From assembly GCA_963664825.1 (NCBI GenBank), contig OY761614.1:992001-1056000 (forward strand): a stretch of DNA of 64,000 nucleotides, written 5' to 3'. The notes beneath the pieces were generated by a model. The model was not told where the DNA came from and did no database searches. It was given only the letters and a program-made list of their open reading frames with translations. The translations under genes were made by a program, and so were the position numbers. This stretch comes from an uncultured Holophaga sp. (GTDB lineage: Bacteria > Acidobacteriota > Holophagae > Holophagales > Holophagaceae). Within the stretch, counting starts at the first letter, position 1. Each line of letters opens with the position of its first letter. This document shows, piece by piece, positions 20,398 through 32,546 of this stretch.

Positions 20398-21117
20398 ATG
20401 ACGCGCCGCCGCAATCTTCCCTTCGTCTGCATGATCCTGGCCTGCGCCCTGTGGCTGGGCACCCCCGCCCTGAAGGCCCAGGAACACGCTCCCGCCGCGC
20501 AGGAGGCCACTGCTCACGAGGCGGTGGGTCAGCCCTCTGCCGCACCGTCCGCCCATGAGGCCACCTCCCACGAAGCTGCGGGACACGAGGCTGCGGCCCA
20601 TCACGGGCCCGAGATCAAACTCTTCGGCAGGAGTCTGGGCCCCTTCAGTCAGTTTCTGGTCAAGCTCTTCAACTTCGCCATCTTCTTCTTTGGACTCTTC
20701 TTCCTCCTGAAGGGTGCACTGGGATCGGCCTTCAAGGCCCGGACCCAGGAGCTGAAGGAACAGTTGAGCCAAGCCGAGCGGGACCAGGCCCAGGGCCAGG
20801 CCCAGATCCAGGAACTGGAGACCAAGATGGCCGGGCTCCAGCAGGAACTGGACGGCATCATGGTGAAGGCCGAGGAAGAGGCCGAACTCGAAAAGCAGCG
20901 GATCCTCGAAGCCGCCCGGCAGGAGGCCGACCAGATCCGGACCCAGACTCGTCAGGAGATCGAATACCAGAAGCGATTGGTGGAGCAGGAGCTGCGGGCC
21001 CTGGTGGCCGAACTGGCCGTTCAGGGCGCCACGGAGCGTCTGAAGATCCGCGTCCAGGGGGCGACCGCCGAGCAGGTTCTGGATCGTTCCATCGCGCAGG
21101 TCGGAGGTGCCGAATGA
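20398..21117 (+). CDS. atpF: F0F1 ATP synthase subunit b
   Basis: KLFNFAIFF TM plus coiled coil; position in the operon. Confidence 0.88.
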   Translation: MTRRRNLPFVCMILACALWLGTPALKAQEHAPAAQEATAHEAVGQPSAAPSAHEATSHEAAGHEAAAHHGPEIKLFGRSLGPFSQFLVKLFNFAIFFFGLFFLLKGALGSAFKARTQELKEQLSQAERDQAQGQAQIQELETKMAGLQQELDGIMVKAEEEAELEKQRILEAARQEADQIRTQTRQEIEYQKRLVEQELRALVAELAVQGATERLKIRVQGATAEQVLDRSIAQVGGAE

Positions 21118-21157
21118 GCATGCAGCAGGATGCGAAGTGCCACACAGGATGTGCCGA

Positions 21158-21703
21158 ATGAGCAGCAACCGCCTCATCGCTCGTCGCTATGCCAAGGCCA
21201 TGCTCGAAATCGGCATAAAACAGGGCACCCTCCAATCCATCCAGAAGGAACTGGCCGCCGTCGACACCCTGGTGCGGGGCAACGCCGATCTGGAACGTCT
21301 CGTGACCGCTCCCCTAGTGGGCCCCACCAAGAAGGCCGCTACCTTCGATGAGATCCTCTCAAAGGCCGGTGTCACCGGGGGGATCCGCAAGTTCTTCATG
21401 GTGGTGGCCCAGGCCGCGCGGCTCAATCTGATCCACGAGATCATCGAAGCCTTCGACGAGCTGTTGGATGAGCACATGGGCGTGGTGAACGCCAGCGTGG
21501 CAAGTGCCCAAGCCTTGAGTCCCACTCAATCCAAAGCCCTGGAAACCTCGCTCGCCTCGCGCACAGGCAAGACCATCCGCCTGCGATGGAACCAAGACGC
21601 GACACTCCTCGGCGGCCTCAGGGTCCAGGTGGGTTCTACCGTCTACGATGCCTCGCTCCTGGGTCAACTCCGCCAGCTCAAGACCCGTCTCCTTTCAGCC
21701 TAA
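21158..21703 (+). CDS. atpH: ATP synthase subunit delta
   Basis: IARRYAKAM; DATLLGGLRVQVGSTVYDASL. Confidence 0.95.
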   Translation: MSSNRLIARRYAKAMLEIGIKQGTLQSIQKELAAVDTLVRGNADLERLVTAPLVGPTKKAATFDEILSKAGVTGGIRKFFMVVAQAARLNLIHEIIEAFDELLDEHMGVVNASVASAQALSPTQSKALETSLASRTGKTIRLRWNQDATLLGGLRVQVGSTVYDASLLGQLRQLKTRLLSA

Positions 21704-23305
<1,602 letters not shown>

Positions 23306-23308
23306 GCC

Positions 23309-24184
23309 ATGGCTTCGATCCAGGATATTCGCCGCCGCATCCGGTCGGTGAAGAACACCCAGCAGGTCACCAGGGCCATGAAGATGATTTCCGCTGCGAA
23401 ATTGCGGAAATCCCAGGACCGCCTTGTGGCCATGCGGCCTTATGCCACCAAGCTGCATGAGGTCGTCGGTCGTGTGGTGGCTCGCTTTGAGGAGGGTGTG
23501 CCGGTGCCGTCCTCCGCTCTGGCCCAGGCCTTTCTGGCGCCCAGGGAAGAACAGCACATTCGCGTGGTGGTCGTGGCCAGTGACAAAGGCCTCTGCGGCG
23601 GCTTCAACGCCAATCTCCTGAAGGCAGCCGACGCGTTTTTCCTCGAAAGAGGAGAGCTGGTGACCCACCTGGACGTCGTAGGCAGGCGCGCCACCGACTG
23701 GGCTCGCAAGCACGAGCACGCCGTTTCCGGGGAGTTCCTGCAGGTGGCCCTGCCCGGCCTCTTGCCGGTGGCTCGGGAGATCGCCGAGGGCGCCATCGGG
23801 CAGTACGCCCGGGGCGAGATCGATGCGCTCTACGTCGTGCACAACTACTTTCACTCCGCCATCAGCCAGGGACCGAGGGTCATCAAGATCTTCCCCATGG
23901 CCCTCGAGGCGGCCCCAGAAGGCAAGCCCGAGGTGAGCCATCTCCTGGAACCCGATCCCACGGGTGTGCTGGAGAGCCTGCTGCCCCGTTTCCTGGAGAC
24001 GGAGTTGTATCGTTCCCTGGTGGAGAGCTGCGCTTCCGAGCACGCGGCCCGCATGTCCTCCATGGACAAGGCCAGTTCCAACGCCCAGGAGATGATCGAC
24101 AAACTGACCCTCAATATGAACAAGGTCCGTCAGGCTGCCATCACCAACCAGATCATCGAAATCGTCTCCGGCGCGGCATCCTAG
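23309..24184 (+). CDS. atpG: ATP synthase subunit gamma
   Basis: SDKGLCGGFN, NKVRQAAIT. Confidence 0.98.
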   Translation: MASIQDIRRRIRSVKNTQQVTRAMKMISAAKLRKSQDRLVAMRPYATKLHEVVGRVVARFEEGVPVPSSALAQAFLAPREEQHIRVVVVASDKGLCGGFNANLLKAADAFFLERGELVTHLDVVGRRATDWARKHEHAVSGEFLQVALPGLLPVAREIAEGAIGQYARGEIDALYVVHNYFHSAISQGPRVIKIFPMALEAAPEGKPEVSHLLEPDPTGVLESLLPRFLETELYRSLVESCASEHAARMSSMDKASSNAQEMIDKLTLNMNKVRQAAITNQIIEIVSGAAS

Positions 24185-24218
24185 ATACCAGATTCATTCG
24201 CGGTTCCCATTTTTTTGA

Positions 24219-25652
<1,434 letters not shown>

Positions 25653-25655
25653 GCC

Positions 25656-26069
25656 ATGGACGGCCACCTGCAACTTGAAGTCGTGACGCCGGAGCGGAAG
25701 GTCTTCTCCGCAGAGGTGTCCGAACTCTCCTTTCCCACCGCCCACCGCGGCTACTACGGCATCCTGCCGGGCCACACGCCCATCATGACCCCCGTGGGAG
25801 ACGGGCTCATCACCTACATCCAGGAGGGCCAGAAGCATCTGCTGACGGTCTTCGGGGGATTTGCCGAAGTGGGCCCCGATCGCGTGACGGTCCTGGCCCG
25901 GGAGAGCGAGACGCCGGAGATGCTCGATGCCACGGCCCTGGAGAGCGCCCGTCAGGATGCCCTCCTGCGCCTGAAGGCGGCCCAGAATCCCGAGGAGATG
26001 GGCACTGCCCAGGCGGAACTGGACGCCGTCGCCATCCGCGTCCAGGCCCTCAGCCCTGCCGCCTCCTGA
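25656..26069 (+). CDS. atpC: ATP synthase subunit epsilon
   Basis: LEVVTPER, GILPGHTP, GGFAEV. Confidence 0.96.
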   Translation: MDGHLQLEVVTPERKVFSAEVSELSFPTAHRGYYGILPGHTPIMTPVGDGLITYIQEGQKHLLTVFGGFAEVGPDRVTVLARESETPEMLDATALESARQDALLRLKAAQNPEEMGTAQAELDAVAIRVQALSPAAS

Positions 26070-26082
26070 ACCCAAACCAGCG

Positions 26083-26118
26083 CTAGAAGAGGGCCTCCCG
26101 CGGGAGGCCCTCTTCTAG
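26083..26118. terminator. 36-bp perfect palindrome ending the atp operon
   Basis: CTAGAAGAGGGCCTCCCG|CGGGAGGCCCTCTTCTAG between convergent genes. Confidence 0.7.
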
Positions 26119-26876
26119 AATGCGAAGACCGCGTCCTGCTCCAGAAGGCTCAGTCGGGGGTGGCCGAGGGCCTCGATCTGGGGCAGGATCACGGGCCGAT
26201 CGCCGGGCGTGAGATGGTAGACCGCCACCGGCACTTCACGCTTCAGCTTCTTCAGTTCCTCCCCGAGCCTGGCTGGCGTCAGGTGCTTGGAGGCCTCCGC
26301 CAGAGCCCCCTGCTCGTTGGGGAAACTGGCCTCGGTGATGAAGAGATCCAGGTGCTTGGCGCCATTGGCCGCCTGGTAGACGGCATCGGTATCGGCGGTA
26401 TCGGAGGTGAAGAGGAAGCCCGAGCGCGCGTCCTCCACCAGGAACCCAACGGTGGGCACCAGATGGTTCACGGGGATGGGCGTGATCTTTAGGCCCTCCA
26501 CCTCGTAGACGCGGCCGGCTTCGATTTCCGAATAGCGGATGATGGGCGCGTCTGGATGAGGAATGACGGAGAAGTCCGGCCAGATCTCGTCATTGAAGAG
26601 GTGGCGGCGAAGGGCGTCCAGGGTCTCGGGCAGCGCGTGGATCTCCACCGGCGCCCCCACGTGGCCAAAGATGTTCTTAGTGAAGAAAGGCAGCGTGCAG
26701 ATGTGATCCAGGTGGGAATGGCTGAGGAAGATATGGCGGATCGCCACCTGCTCGGAAATCCTCAACGCCTGGGTGAGACTCCCCGCATCCAAGGCCACCG
26801 TGCCGTTCACGAGGAAACCCGTGAGCCGATCCCCCTCAGCCTCGCCACCCGAACACCCTAGGACACGCAGGATCAT
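26115..26876 (-). CDS. Class II cyclic-nucleotide phosphodiesterase-like MBL-fold hydrolase
   Basis: LGCSGG, LDAG, SHSHLDH, EASFPN, HLTP. Confidence 0.8.
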   Translation of the reverse strand: MILRVLGCSGGEAEGDRLTGFLVNGTVALDAGSLTQALRISEQVAIRHIFLSHSHLDHICTLPFFTKNIFGHVGAPVEIHALPETLDALRRHLFNDEIWPDFSVIPHPDAPIIRYSEIEAGRVYEVEGLKITPIPVNHLVPTVGFLVEDARSGFLFTSDTADTDAVYQAANGAKHLDLFITEASFPNEQGALAEASKHLTPARLGEELKKLKREVPVAVYHLTPGDRPVILPQIEALGHPRLSLLEQDAVFAF

Positions 26877-26908
26877 GAAGCCTCGGAAGTTGCTGCCATC
26901 ATAGCCGC

Positions 26909-26938
26909 AAAAAGGGCGCCCCGCGGACGCCCATTTTT
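26909..26938 (-). terminator. Probable intrinsic terminator of the beta-barrel gene
   Basis: GGGCGTC-CGCG-GGCGCCC-TTTTT on the minus strand. Confidence 0.65.
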
Positions 26939-27007
26939 AGTAACGAAGAGTCTCGACATGGTGGCTGGGCTTTGCCCGGTCACCATGTGGGGGTCCCCCG
27001 GACAGCA

Positions 27008-27607
27008 TCAGAAGCGAATGCCGCCGTAGAGGGCGACCTGGTACTCGGGGGCCAGGGCCTTGCGTGTGTTTTCCGTAGGCGGAACGCCATCCACTGTCTT
27101 GTCGTCCTTCGAAGCGGCCATGGCCACCTCCAGGCGGAAGAAGGGGCTCACGACAGGCGTTGGGACCGAGAATCCGATGCCAGCCTTCACCCAGGGCCGC
27201 GTGACGGTGTTGCTCGCCTTGCTGCCACTTATATCCGAGGTGTACTTCTCGCGGCGAAGATCCACGCCCGCATAAAGATTCGCCAGGAACTTCCACTCCA
27301 CCTGGGCGCCGATGGCGATGTATTCCGTGCCCAACTTGCCTTTCGTGCCATTGAGGACCAGATCGCCCTCGGCCTTGGGATGATAGGTGGCCGTGAGCCC
27401 GAGTTCGGCCACTTTCAGGTCCAGGAGGCTGAAGCCCGCGCGAATGCCGTAGCCCGTGGGACTCACGGAATCGTACTTGCCGGTTCCCGCAGTGACCGTC
27501 TGGGCCTTGCCGAACTGCTTGTCCAGGAGGATGCCCACTTCAGTGGCCTGGGCAGGGATGGTCGCCAGGACAGCGGAAACCAGGGCGATACGAGCCAAGG
27601 TCTTCAT
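27008..27607 (-). CDS. Small outer-membrane beta-barrel protein
   Basis: Signal peptide MKTLARIALV..AQA, alternating beta strands, C-terminal YGGIRF. Confidence 0.75.
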   Translation of the reverse strand: MKTLARIALVSAVLATIPAQATEVGILLDKQFGKAQTVTAGTGKYDSVSPTGYGIRAGFSLLDLKVAELGLTATYHPKAEGDLVLNGTKGKLGTEYIAIGAQVEWKFLANLYAGVDLRREKYTSDISGSKASNTVTRPWVKAGIGFSVPTPVVSPFFRLEVAMAASKDDKTVDGVPPTENTRKALAPEYQVALYGGIRF

Positions 27608-27760
27608 GGGAACTCCTTCGATGGATCGAACCTTTCTATGTTCGGCAGCATCGGCCTTCCAGTCAATGAAATCCTCGCCCAAACCCCGTGCCACCTCACA
27701 TTATCGAAGATTTCCACCTCTCGCCTCGCGCCTCGGCTCCGGCTGTTTTACTCTCGATCC

Positions 27761-28810
27761 ATGCGGTCCCATCTCCAATACCTCCTCCTGGACGGGTTCG
27801 ACCCCGAAACGGGGGAACTGACGTTGCGGGTGGAAGCCTTCGAAGAGGAGAGCCAAGCAGCCCAGGTGCTGCGCCTCAAACTCCACCTGGGACGCAACGT
27901 GGATCCCCTCCAGCCGCTGCGCCGCGAGCTTCAGACCCATGTGCAGATGCCCGTGCCCCCCCTGTGGGACAAGGGGCTCAAGATCATCGTCCGCGCCATT
28001 GAGGACGAACTGGCCAGCGATCTGGGCCGACAACCCCAGCGCTACGTCTGGGTCCGCACCCAGATCCTCCACCCCACCGACGAGCGCCGGGGGACCCTGA
28101 ACCATCCCGTGGCCCGACAGACGGAAATCCTCTGGGACTGGGCCCAGCGCTTCGACCAGGACGGGGATGCCATTCACGCCCTGGAAATCTACGAGCGGAT
28201 GCTTCTGCTTTCCCCCCAGCACCTGCCCGCCCTGGCCCGCCTGACCTCCCTGCTCCGCCAGCAGGGCATGATCGAAGAGATGCTCAGCGTGGCCGATCGC
28301 TGGCTCCAGGTCCGGCCCAGCGAACCGGAGGCCCTGCTGCGCCGGGGAGAGGCCCTCCTCCACCTGGAACGGCCGCGGGAGGCCCAGGAGGCCTTCACCT
28401 CGGTCCTCAAGCTGCACCCCGTCCATCCCCTCGCCCATCTGGGCGCCGCCCAGGCCAAGAGCTACTCGGGCGGCGATCCCCTCCCTCACCTGGATGCCGC
28501 CATGGAACTGGACAAGGAGGCCACCCTCTCCGTGCTCCGGGAGACCTTCGATTTCCGGGTGCTGGTGCCCATTTCCGGCGAGACCCTCTACCCCCTGGAC
28601 GAACTCGCCAGCGTCCTGGGCGTGAGTCCCGGAGAGGTGAGGGCCTTCATCCGGGAGCGGGGATTGCCCGCCACCGGGCCCGGAGGCACGGTGCGAGAGC
28701 CCGAGCTCTCCCGGTGGGTGACCCTCCAGAACCGCTACCAGCTTCTGCCCATGGGCCTCCACTGGATGGCCCCCACGCCCCGGCACATTCCCGAACTCCC
28801 CTTCCCCTGA
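27761..28810 (+). CDS. TPR-containing protein with a putative C-terminal HTH
   Basis: TPR-like repeats (ALEIYERMLLLSP, EAQEAFTSVLKLHP); ATG at 27761. Confidence 0.6.
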   Translation: MRSHLQYLLLDGFDPETGELTLRVEAFEEESQAAQVLRLKLHLGRNVDPLQPLRRELQTHVQMPVPPLWDKGLKIIVRAIEDELASDLGRQPQRYVWVRTQILHPTDERRGTLNHPVARQTEILWDWAQRFDQDGDAIHALEIYERMLLLSPQHLPALARLTSLLRQQGMIEEMLSVADRWLQVRPSEPEALLRRGEALLHLERPREAQEAFTSVLKLHPVHPLAHLGAAQAKSYSGGDPLPHLDAAMELDKEATLSVLRETFDFRVLVPISGETLYPLDELASVLGVSPGEVRAFIRERGLPATGPGGTVREPELSRWVTLQNRYQLLPMGLHWMAPTPRHIPELPFP

Positions 28811-28817
28811 GGTGCCC

Positions 28818-29705
28818 ATGACCCCCATCCTCTCCACCCAGCTACCCTTCCCAATCTTCCGTCGCGGCAAGGTGCGGGATGTTTACGCCCTGGGGACCCA
28901 GCTCCTCATCGTGGCCACCGACCGCATCTCAGCCTTCGACTGCGTCATGGGCCAGGGCATTCCAGACAAGGGGCAGATCCTGACGCAGGTGGCCAATTTC
29001 TGGTTCCAGGCGACCTCGGATATCCTGCCGAACCATCTCCTGGCCACCCGGGTGGAGGATTATCCGGCCGAACTGCGCCCCTTCGCCGATCAGCTCCGAG
29101 GCCGCTCCATCCTCGTCCAGAGGACCCGGCCCCTGCCCATCGAATGCGTGGTGCGGGGCTATCTGGCCGGTTCCGGCCTGAAGGAATACGAGGCCCAGGG
29201 CACCGTGTGCGGCATCCAGCTGCCCCCCGGCCTGCGCATGGCCGATCGGCTGCCGGAACCCATCTTCACCCCCTCCACCAAGGAGGACGAAGGCCATGAC
29301 ATCAATATCGATTTCGCGCGCATGTGCGAGATCGTGGGCCCCGAACTCGGCACCCGGCTGCGGGATACCAGCCTGGCGCTCTACAGACGGGGCGTGGAAC
29401 TGGCCGCCCAGCGAGGCATCCTCCTCGCCGACACCAAGTTCGAATTCGGCCTCCTGGAGGACGGGCGCCTCCTGGTCATCGACGAGGTGCTGACGCCGGA
29501 TTCCAGCCGCTACTGGCTGGCCGATCAATGGGCCCCGGGCAGCAACCCGCCCAGCCTGGACAAACAGTTCCTCCGGGACTACCTGGAGACGCTGCAGGAC
29601 TGGGACAAGCAGGCCCCCGCTCCGGATCTGCCCCCGGAGATCATCGCAGGCATTCGCGCCCGCTACCTGGATCTCGCCAGCCGCTTCGGCGTGGCCTTGG
29701 ACTAG
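28818..29705 (+). CDS. purC: SAICAR synthase
   Basis: GKVRDVY, TDRISAFD, ECVVRGYL, ADTKFEFG, DEVLTPDSSR. Confidence 0.98.
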   Translation: MTPILSTQLPFPIFRRGKVRDVYALGTQLLIVATDRISAFDCVMGQGIPDKGQILTQVANFWFQATSDILPNHLLATRVEDYPAELRPFADQLRGRSILVQRTRPLPIECVVRGYLAGSGLKEYEAQGTVCGIQLPPGLRMADRLPEPIFTPSTKEDEGHDINIDFARMCEIVGPELGTRLRDTSLALYRRGVELAAQRGILLADTKFEFGLLEDGRLLVIDEVLTPDSSRYWLADQWAPGSNPPSLDKQFLRDYLETLQDWDKQAPAPDLPPEIIAGIRARYLDLASRFGVALD

Positions 29706-29711
29706 GCCGCC

Positions 29712-30845
29712 TCAGTGCCCCTTCACCAGCCAGTGGAGGGTGGACAGGCGCACACGCAGAGCGGCGTTCACCTCCTCCAGCCGCACCACATCCAGTGTGG
29801 CCCCCGGGTCCCCGAAGAGACAGCCCTGGGTCCAGGCCGAAAGATAGGCTTCCGGGTGGAGCGCCAGGGCACTCCGTTCCGCCCGCCACTGCCCCTTGGC
29901 CACCTCCAGTTCCTCAAGGCTGAAGCCCCGGGCTCCGAGACGCTCCAGCTTGGTCCGCAGGAGGCCTTCCGGATCGGGAGACTTGCCAAGGAGCGTCTGG
30001 AATAGGATCGGCCCCGCATCCCCCAGGGGCCGTGGAGCCTCCACCCGGATGGAGCTTTCCCCGGTCTCCCGGAAGGCGCGCTCCAGGAGGAAGGAGACAA
30101 GCACGTGGGCCGTCCGGGCAGGGGCCTCTCCTTCCGGGGGCAGGGAACCCGCCCAGGCGAAGGCCCCCTCGCCGGGGATCGCTTGTCGAAAGGCCCATTC
30201 CGGAAGTTCCTGCCCCTGGGGAGAGGGCTCAGGAGCCGGGGCCCAGGTGCCCAGGTGGAGCATGACGAGCTGGCGGGCCTGAGGCAGATTGAGGTCCCCC
30301 TGGATGATGAGCACGGCCCGCTCCGGGCGCACCAGCCGCCGATGAAGGGCCAGACAACCGGGAAGGTCTAGCTTGGGCAAGGCCCCCTCTCCGGTGGGAA
30401 GACCCAGCACAGCGAGGAAGGACTCCTCGGGGCTGGCCGCCTCCTTGGTCGCCTGTCGGAGTGCGGTGATCCCTTCTGCCAGCGCGGGTCGGAAGAGCGC
30501 GTGGGCGAAGAACTCGAAGGCATCCTCCTGGTCCTGGCTATCGGTGAGCATGGACCAGGCCAGGGAATGCCTCCCGGCCTCCAAGTTCATTTTCAAACCC
30601 CGATCCGCCAGGGCCTGCTCCAGGGCCGTGCGACTAAATCCGCCGGCGCCCCCGTGGCCCAGGACGGCACACATCGAGGCGCTGTCCTCGCGGCCCTCCC
30701 AGGGCACCCTCAGCTCGAAACGCACCAGGGGCTGCTCGTGACGTTCATCGAGGATCACCCGAAGGCCATTGGGGGCGCGGAACTCCAGGGAAGGCGCCGG
30801 AACCGCCACGAGGATGCAGGGGAGGAGGAAGGGCAGGATGTTCAC
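29712..30845 (-). CDS. M16 peptidase-like protein, no zinc motif
   Basis: PNGLRVIL..PLV, RPERAVLIIQGDL; HxxEH absent. Confidence 0.7.
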   Translation of the reverse strand: MNILPFLLPCILVAVPAPSLEFRAPNGLRVILDERHEQPLVRFELRVPWEGREDSASMCAVLGHGGAGGFSRTALEQALADRGLKMNLEAGRHSLAWSMLTDSQDQEDAFEFFAHALFRPALAEGITALRQATKEAASPEESFLAVLGLPTGEGALPKLDLPGCLALHRRLVRPERAVLIIQGDLNLPQARQLVMLHLGTWAPAPEPSPQGQELPEWAFRQAIPGEGAFAWAGSLPPEGEAPARTAHVLVSFLLERAFRETGESSIRVEAPRPLGDAGPILFQTLLGKSPDPEGLLRTKLERLGARGFSLEELEVAKGQWRAERSALALHPEAYLSAWTQGCLFGDPGATLDVVRLEEVNAALRVRLSTLHWLVKGH

Positions 30846-32515
30846 GCTCCCGCCTGGGCTTCGAGGAGCTTGAGGGTCTGTTGGCGCTCGGGCAGGGAGA
30901 GCATGCGCAGCTGCCGCAGGGTCTCCCGCACCACCGTTCCGGTCTGGGCCGGATCATCCAGCTTGCGCTGCACCAGGATCGTCAGGACCTTGCCCAGCTT
31001 CTCCTCCAGAGGATCCCGGGGGGCCAACAGCGGATCGGCCTCCAGGAGGGCCGTGACCCCTTGGCCGGGGACGAGGTAGCGCCGGGCCACATTCTGAATA
31101 TCTTCCGGCCTGAGATCCCGGCCCAGGCTGCGGGTTCGGAAGGCCTGACGCCAGTCCCCGGACTGGACCACCGCCCGGCCCAGGGTCCGGGCCAGGGCAG
31201 CCGCGTCCTCCTGGAGCGTCAACGCCTCGGTTTCAAGCTGGCGTTGGGCCTTCCGGAGTTCCTCCTCGGGGAGGAGTTCCCGCTGAATACGGAGGATCTC
31301 CCCCTGGATCCCCTCCTCGAGTTCCACCAGGCCGTGGCCCTGGGAAGGCCTGGCCTCGATGATGAAGAGAGAGGGATCGCGGTCCCCGGGGACACCGGCC
31401 CGGACATTCAGGCTGGCAGCCAATCCGCGTTCCTCCTGGAGCCGTCGGACGAGTCGAGAGCCCTTGGCCCCTCCCAGCGCCTGGGCTAGGAGCCGGAGGG
31501 CCGGTTCATCGGGATGGTTGGCCGAGGGGATCCGCCAGGCCACGAAGAGACGAGGCTCCCCGGGGATGCTGGCCTGGAGACGACGATATCCGGGTGCCTC
31601 GGGCAACTCGGAAATCCGTTCCTCCCGCCGCCCCCACCCCTCCGGGGCTGGGGACAGGGCCCCGAAACTGGCACCCAGGGTTGGCACCAGCGCCTCCAGA
31701 TGTAGATCGCCCACCAGAATGAGCGTCATCCGCTCCGGCGAGCACAGGCTGTGCGCGAAGGCGCGCAGCTCGGACCAACTGAGGGCCTCGAGGCTCCCCT
31801 TCTGGAGATCGCAGGTCTGTGCATAGCCGTGACCGCTGAAGGCCGTGCCCAGGAGGATGGAGAGCCCCCCCTCGCCCTCGAAATACGCCTTTCCAATCTC
31901 CTGGATCAGGCGCTCCCGCTCCAGGGGAAACTGGAAAAGGGCCATCCGCTGGAGGTGCCGCCGTTCCAGGCGACACCAGGCTTCGAAGGATTGGACGGGC
32001 AGATCCAGGCTGAAGGCGATCTCATCGGCCGAAGAGGAGGCTTCCCGCCGGGTGCCTCCAAGGGCCTCGTAGGGATCCCGAGCGGCCGCGACCTCGATCC
32101 TTTTCCGCAGTGCGGCCATGTGCTGGGCCTGCATTTGGGCCAGGGTCAAGGCCTCTGGAGAGCCCTCGGACTCCCCCTGACGGGCCCGACGGATGCGCTC
32201 CAAGCGCAGCGTCTCGGTCAGTCCCTCCTCCTGCTTTACCAGCGCCTCGAAGCCATTCTCGGGGCCCACCTCCTCGGGGAGGAGGCGACGGAAGAGGGAC
32301 CGCGTCAACAGTTCTGCGGCCGCCGCGGGAAGGGTGCCCGTATCGGCCCGGCCTCCACGGATCACCAGCCGGGCATGGAAGGAGCCTGAGCCGGGCCGTT
32401 CTACGCACAGGACCTGGAAACCGTTGGCAAACCGGTGTTCCCGAACCTCGGGGACCTGGGCGAGGGCCGTGACCGCCAGGATGGGAGCGAAAACGCTGGA
32501 GAGAGAGAGACGCAT
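30842..32515 (-). CDS. M16 peptidase-like protein with degenerate zinc motif
   Basis: ANGFQVL, PERMTLILVGDL, SRLVRRL, EDIQNVARRYL; HxxEH position reads ELLTR. Confidence 0.75.
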   Translation of the reverse strand: MRLSLSSVFAPILAVTALAQVPEVREHRFANGFQVLCVERPGSGSFHARLVIRGGRADTGTLPAAAAELLTRSLFRRLLPEEVGPENGFEALVKQEEGLTETLRLERIRRARQGESEGSPEALTLAQMQAQHMAALRKRIEVAAARDPYEALGGTRREASSSADEIAFSLDLPVQSFEAWCRLERRHLQRMALFQFPLERERLIQEIGKAYFEGEGGLSILLGTAFSGHGYAQTCDLQKGSLEALSWSELRAFAHSLCSPERMTLILVGDLHLEALVPTLGASFGALSPAPEGWGRREERISELPEAPGYRRLQASIPGEPRLFVAWRIPSANHPDEPALRLLAQALGGAKGSRLVRRLQEERGLAASLNVRAGVPGDRDPSLFIIEARPSQGHGLVELEEGIQGEILRIQRELLPEEELRKAQRQLETEALTLQEDAAALARTLGRAVVQSGDWRQAFRTRSLGRDLRPEDIQNVARRYLVPGQGVTALLEADPLLAPRDPLEEKLGKVLTILVQRKLDDPAQTGTVVRETLRQLRMLSLPERQQTLKLLEAQAGA

Positions 32516-32546
32516 GCGCCTAGATTAGCGCAGCCGGGCCCCCTTT

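Noticed and set aside
26083..26118. Perfect palindrome as a recombination or protein-binding site
   Set aside because: Position between convergent stops is adequately explained by a terminator hairpin
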